From Methanomassiliicoccales archaeon (GTDB lineage Archaea; Thermoplasmatota; Thermoplasmata; Methanomassiliicoccales; UBA472), in assembly GCA_035506675.1 (NCBI GenBank), contig DATJOX010000055.1:10951-74950 (forward strand): a stretch of 64,000 bases of DNA. The letters run 5' to 3'. A model generated the notes under the pieces. That model searched no databases. It had not been told where the DNA came from and was given only the letters and a program-made list of their open reading frames with translations. The stretch's first letter is position 1; each line of letters opens with the position of its first letter. The position numbers and the translations under genes were made by a program. Below are positions 60,670-64,000 of this stretch, one piece after another.

Positions 60670-61053
60670 ATGAGCGATGTTCCAGAGGGCTTGCGCTACA
60701 CGAAGGACCACGAGTGGGTCAAGGTGGAGGGCGACATCGCCCAGATAGGCATCACCGATCATGCCCAGGAAGAACTCACGGACATCGTGTTCGTCGAGCT
60801 TCCGAAGAAGGGCAAGAAGGTCAAGAAGGGCGACGTTCTCGGAGTGGTGGAGAGCGTCAAGACCGTCTCGGACATCTACAGCCCGGTGAGCGGCGAGGTC
60901 GTGGGCGTGAACTCGCCCCTGGACGACGCCCCGGGAGCGATCAACCAAGAACCGTACGGCAAAGGTTGGTTCGCGAAGGTGAAGATTTCCGACGCCACCG
61001 AGCTCGGTCAGCTGATGGACGCATCAGCGTACAAGAAGGCAATCGAAGAGTGA
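60670..61053 (+). CDS. gcvH: Glycine cleavage system H protein (lipoyl carrier)
   Basis: YTKDHEWVKVEGD and the lipoyl-lysine motif VVESVKTVSDIYSPVSG; 127 aa. Confidence 0.85.
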   Translation: MSDVPEGLRYTKDHEWVKVEGDIAQIGITDHAQEELTDIVFVELPKKGKKVKKGDVLGVVESVKTVSDIYSPVSGEVVGVNSPLDDAPGAINQEPYGKGWFAKVKISDATELGQLMDASAYKKAIEE

Positions 61054-61054
61054 C

Positions 61055-61270
61055 CTAGGCCTTTGCGAACTCCTGGCGGATGCGGTCGGCGAGCAGCTCC
61101 TTGTCCTCAGCCATCATTTTCTTGATCTGCTTCCAGGCGGACTCGCAGCTCTTGTACTTCACCCCGGCGACGCGGTGGACAGCCTCATCGACTTTTCTTC
61201 TGTTCTCCTTGTTCACATCGATCCCTGCCAGGTTCAGTACCTCGTCGAGATGCCTCAGGTAGCAGCTCAT
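61055..61270 (-). CDS. Hypothetical 71-aa helical protein
   Basis: MSCYLRHLDEVLNLAGIDVNKENRRKVDEAVHRVAGVKYKSCESAWKQIKKMM... No family recognised. A cGATATCa box lies about 35 nt upstream. Confidence 0.4.
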   Translation of the reverse strand: MSCYLRHLDEVLNLAGIDVNKENRRKVDEAVHRVAGVKYKSCESAWKQIKKMMAEDKELLADRIRQEFAKA

Positions 61271-61367
61271 TCCCTCATCCCATCGGATCGACGCTTCTGG
61301 TACGATATCATTGTTGCCCCGCTGCTTGCGACAAAGTTAAGTCGGAGAAGCCTCGTAGTTCACGACG

Positions 61368-61841
61368 GTGAATCGAATGTCAAAGATGCTCGAGGTCGGG
61401 GACAAGGCGCCCTTGTTCGTTTTGCCAGATCAAGACGGCAGGAATTTCGACATGGCCGCTCACGTCGGTCAGCAGGCGATCGTGCTCTATTTCTTCCCCA
61501 AATCGTTCACCAGCGGGTGCACGATGGAGGCGCATGAGTTCCGCGACATGCACGAGCAGTTCCAGAAGGAAGGCGCGGAGGTGGTGGGGGTGAGCGGGGA
61601 CAACGTTGCGACGCAGAAGCGGTTCAAGGTCGAGCACGAGCTCCCGTTCACGCTGCTTGCAGACGTGGACAACAAGGTACGCGACATGTATGGCGCGTGG
61701 GGAATCGCGCACACGCCGGGCAGGGTTACGTTCGTGATCGACAAAGAGGGGATGATCCGCTTCGTCCTCTCATCCAACGTCCAGCCGAAGAAGCACGTAC
61801 ATGAGGGCCTGCGTATCCTGAAGGAGATCAGCGCGAAGTAA
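61368..61841 (+). CDS. bcp: Peroxiredoxin Bcp (thiol peroxidase)
   Basis: VGDKAPLFVLPDQDG...LYFFPKSFTSGCTMEAHEF. GTG 61368 lies about 30 nt after AAGTTAAG. An alternative start is ATG 61377. Confidence 0.8.
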   Translation: MNRMSKMLEVGDKAPLFVLPDQDGRNFDMAAHVGQQAIVLYFFPKSFTSGCTMEAHEFRDMHEQFQKEGAEVVGVSGDNVATQKRFKVEHELPFTLLADVDNKVRDMYGAWGIAHTPGRVTFVIDKEGMIRFVLSSNVQPKKHVHEGLRILKEISAK

Positions 61842-61849
61842 GATTGCGC

Positions 61850-62635
61850 TCACGCGCCGGCATTCTTCAGCGTCTCGCCGCAGTCGCACTTGCGCCTCTG
61901 TACCGGGATCTTCGGGATGGCTGCGTTCAGGAGGTCCTTGATCTTTCCTAGGTTCTCATCCATCGTCTTCAGGATCATCGGCACGTCCACCGGATGCGGA
62001 GCCCAGACGTCGTAGTCGGTGATCATTGCGAGCGAGAGGTAGCAGATCTCCATCTCGCGCGCGAGCTGCGCCTCCGGGCAAAGGGTCATGCCGATCACGT
62101 CCGCGAAGGCGCGGAACATGCGCGACTCCGCTCTCGTCGAGAATCGAGGCCCTTCGATGCAGACGTAGGTGCCTTCCTTGTGATGCGGGATCTTGAGGCG
62201 CTTGGCCTCGTTGATGAACAGCTTCCTCATTTCGGGGCAGAACGGGTCCGGCGCGGAGATGTGCATCGTTTTCGCTCCGTCGAAGAAGGTGTAGTCGCGC
62301 TTCTTCGTCATGTCGATGAACTGATCGAGGATGGCGATCTGGCCGGGTTCGAACTCCTCCTGCAGCGAGCCGACCGCGCAGGGAGAGATGATCCTCTCCA
62401 CGCCCAGATGCTTCATCGCCCAGATGTTCGCGCGATAATTGACCATGTGGGGTGGGAAGATGTGTCCCTCGCCGTGCCTGGAGAGAAACGCCACGTCCAT
62501 GCCTTTCAGCTCGCCCAGCAGAACGTCGCCCGACGGCGCCCCGTAGGGCGTCGAGAGCCGCACCGACTCCCTGATCTCGAACATTTCCGGGTCGTAGACG
62601 CCCGTGCCACCGATGATGCCAATCCGCGCCTTCAT
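61850..62635 (-). CDS. mtnP: S-methyl-5'-thioadenosine phosphorylase
   Basis: IGIIGGTGVY...FLSRHGEGH...NYRANIWAMKHLGVERIISPCAVGSL. I chose ATG 62635, 32 nt after the TATA box; the longest ORF starts at 62770. Confidence 0.85.
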   Translation of the reverse strand: MKARIGIIGGTGVYDPEMFEIRESVRLSTPYGAPSGDVLLGELKGMDVAFLSRHGEGHIFPPHMVNYRANIWAMKHLGVERIISPCAVGSLQEEFEPGQIAILDQFIDMTKKRDYTFFDGAKTMHISAPDPFCPEMRKLFINEAKRLKIPHHKEGTYVCIEGPRFSTRAESRMFRAFADVIGMTLCPEAQLAREMEICYLSLAMITDYDVWAPHPVDVPMILKTMDENLGKIKDLLNAAIPKIPVQRRKCDCGETLKNAGA

Positions 62636-62666
62636 GATCGTCGTGTGCGAATCCCCCTGCCCTATG

Positions 62667-62672
62667 TTAAAA
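62667..62672 (-). promoter_or_regulatory. TATA box for mtnP
   Basis: tgTTAAAAtg on the + strand, 32 nt upstream of ATG 62635. Confidence 0.4.
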
Positions 62673-62743
62673 TGCTCGCCGTCCCCGGCCGCTTCCTGAT
62701 CGCACAAAGATTCCGAGTGAGGCGAAGGAATACCGGCACTAGC

Positions 62744-62751
62744 TTTAATAA
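62744..62751 (+). promoter_or_regulatory. TATA box (TTTAATAA) for the flavin-reductase-like gene pair
   Basis: 27 nt before ATG 62778. Confidence 0.45.
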
Positions 62752-62777
62752 CGTGGGCGGATGCCTCCACTCAGGCC

Positions 62778-63311
62778 ATGGAAGAGAAGTCGGAGGTCAA
62801 CCCCATATGGGCATGCCGAGGTTTCCCGGCGTTCCCTGTCGTTCTCGTGGGAGTCGGCAATGCCAAGGAGCGCTCCGACTGCAACGTCATGACGGTCGTG
62901 CTCGTGCACATGTTCTCATTTGATCCACCCGTGATAGGCATCGGGGTGTCGCCTTGCCGCTACACATACGACCTCCTGCACAAGTACGACGACTTCACCG
63001 TGAACATCCCTGGCAAGGAACTCGTCGAGGAGGTCCTCTTCTGCGGCCAGAAGTGTGGGCGGGAGACGAACAAGTTCGAGGAGTGCGGATTCACCGTCAC
63101 GCCTGGAAAGGCAGTGAACGCGCCGATAATCGAGGAGTGCCTAGTGAACCTGGAGTGCAGGAAGCGGCAGGTCATCGACGCGGGCGACCACATATGGTTC
63201 TTGGGCGAGGTGGTCCGTGGGGAGTCGGTCCCGGGTGATCTGCGCGAGCGCGCGGTCCTCTACTGGGGCGGCGAGTTCAGGGTCATCGGTAATTGCATTA
63301 GGAAGCGGTAG
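62778..63311 (+). CDS. Flavin reductase-like (FMN-binding split-barrel) protein, paralog 1
   Basis: PVVLVGVG...NVMTVVLVHMFSFDPPVIGIGV...DFTVNIPG...ECGFTVTPGKAVNAPIIEEC.VNLEC pattern. Confidence 0.65.
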   Translation: MEEKSEVNPIWACRGFPAFPVVLVGVGNAKERSDCNVMTVVLVHMFSFDPPVIGIGVSPCRYTYDLLHKYDDFTVNIPGKELVEEVLFCGQKCGRETNKFEECGFTVTPGKAVNAPIIEECLVNLECRKRQVIDAGDHIWFLGEVVRGESVPGDLRERAVLYWGGEFRVIGNCIRKR

Positions 63312-63389
63312 CACATCGTTTCGCTCTTTCTTAGGCAGCGCCAGGAACCTATTTCTACGCCCACCACGCATGTTCGCAACGGTGGATCA

Positions 63390-63971
63390 ATGGTCAAGGA
63401 ACCAGACAAGATAGACCTCGATACGTTCGATACCGTCTCGCACCTGCCCCCAGCGCCTGTCCTGCTCGTCGCTGCGGGCGACAAGGAGGAGAACTGGAAC
63501 GTGACCACGATAGGCATGTTCAACGTGTTCTCGCTGTTCCCCGTTGTCGTCGGCATCGGCGTGAAGACGTCGCGCAACATCTATCGCTTGATAGCCGACT
63601 CGCCCGACTTCACGATCAACGTGCCCACTGACGACATGGTGGAAGCGGTCGACCTGTGCGGCACGGAGACGGGCGCAAGGAAGAACAAGTTCAAGGAGGC
63701 GGGCCTGACCCCCGTGAAGGGAAGAAGGACCGTCTCGCCGATCATCAAGGAGTGCGCGATGAACATCGAGTGCAAGAAGTTGACCGGGCAGACGAAGAAG
63801 TCCGTGGGCGCCATCAACATGGGCGAGATCGACGTGGGCGACCACACTTGGTTCCTCGGACAGATCGTGCACACCGACGTGCTGGTCAATTACGACCGCA
63901 ACAAGGCGCTGCTGTTCTGGGACGGGGAGTATCGCACCGCGCCCAACATCGTGAAGGGCAAGTCCGCATGA
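63390..63971 (+). CDS. Flavin reductase-like (FMN-binding split-barrel) protein, paralog 2
   Basis: Collinear with paralog 1 (PVLLVAAGD..NVTTIGMFNVFSLFPVVVGIGV..DFTINVP..EAGLTPVKGRRTVSPIIKECAMNIEC). Confidence 0.65.
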   Translation: MVKEPDKIDLDTFDTVSHLPPAPVLLVAAGDKEENWNVTTIGMFNVFSLFPVVVGIGVKTSRNIYRLIADSPDFTINVPTDDMVEAVDLCGTETGARKNKFKEAGLTPVKGRRTVSPIIKECAMNIECKKLTGQTKKSVGAINMGEIDVGDHTWFLGQIVHTDVLVNYDRNKALLFWDGEYRTAPNIVKGKSA

Positions 63972-64000
63972 GGTTCGAACCGCTGCTCCTCGAGGAATGG
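63968..64000 (+). CDS. Start of an unidentified gene (runs off the right edge)
   Basis: The ATG overlaps the preceding stop (ATGA). Only MRFEPLLLEEW is visible. Confidence 0.25.
   Translation, partial: MRFEPLLLEEW

Noticed and set aside
1-64000. CRISPR arrays, IS elements/transposases, integrases, prophage or plasmid modules, rRNA.
   Set aside because: I read through all intergenic regions. None exceeds about 300 bp, there are no spaced direct repeats other than the 2-copy 22-mer at 18649, and no ORF has transposase, integrase or Cas motifs.

Overview
This is a GC-rich (roughly 60%) archaeal chromosome segment that is densely coding. I call about 58 protein genes and 1 tRNA, and saw no rRNA, CRISPR array, transposase or prophage. 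The archaeal assignment rests on Rpo11/RpoL, ArcS, diphthine synthase, Trm5, a Hef-type helicase, ATP-dependent DNA ligase, HerA/Mre11/Rad50 and ADP-forming acetyl-CoA synthetase. It also rests on A/T-rich TATA boxes 22-35 nt upstream of most start codons, which implies leaderless or very short-leader mRNAs. The lineage looks euryarchaeal (Thermoplasmata/methanogen-like), but I cannot place it from sequence alone. Housekeeping content includes pyrBI, several tRNA and translation-factor modification genes, DNA repair genes, an acetate/acetyl-CoA node (Acs, ACD, a CoA-transferase-GNAT fusion, a Pta-N-like protein), a TusA/DsrE2/DsrHEF sulfur-relay cluster, transporters, HypF, GcvH, Bcp and MTA phosphorylase. 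The most unusual items are: (1) a roughly 1,690-aa integrin-like surface protein whose cytoplasmic tail looks like a Roadblock/longin domain plus zinc ribbon, close to a free Roadblock gene; (2) a Pat-type GNAT fused to an acetyl-CoA hydrolase/transferase domain, placed stop-to-stop against acs; (3) a compact FtsZ homolog with degenerate GTP-binding loops, next to a 4-TM protein; (4) a roughly 1,430-aa TPR protein ending in an 8-ligand B-box-like zinc module; (5) ACD translationally coupled to a stand-alone Pta N-terminal (DRTGG) protein; (6) conserved N-termini (rad50, a P-loop kinase) that lack any ATG/GTG/TTG start. All functional calls come from motif recognition by eye. No database search was run.
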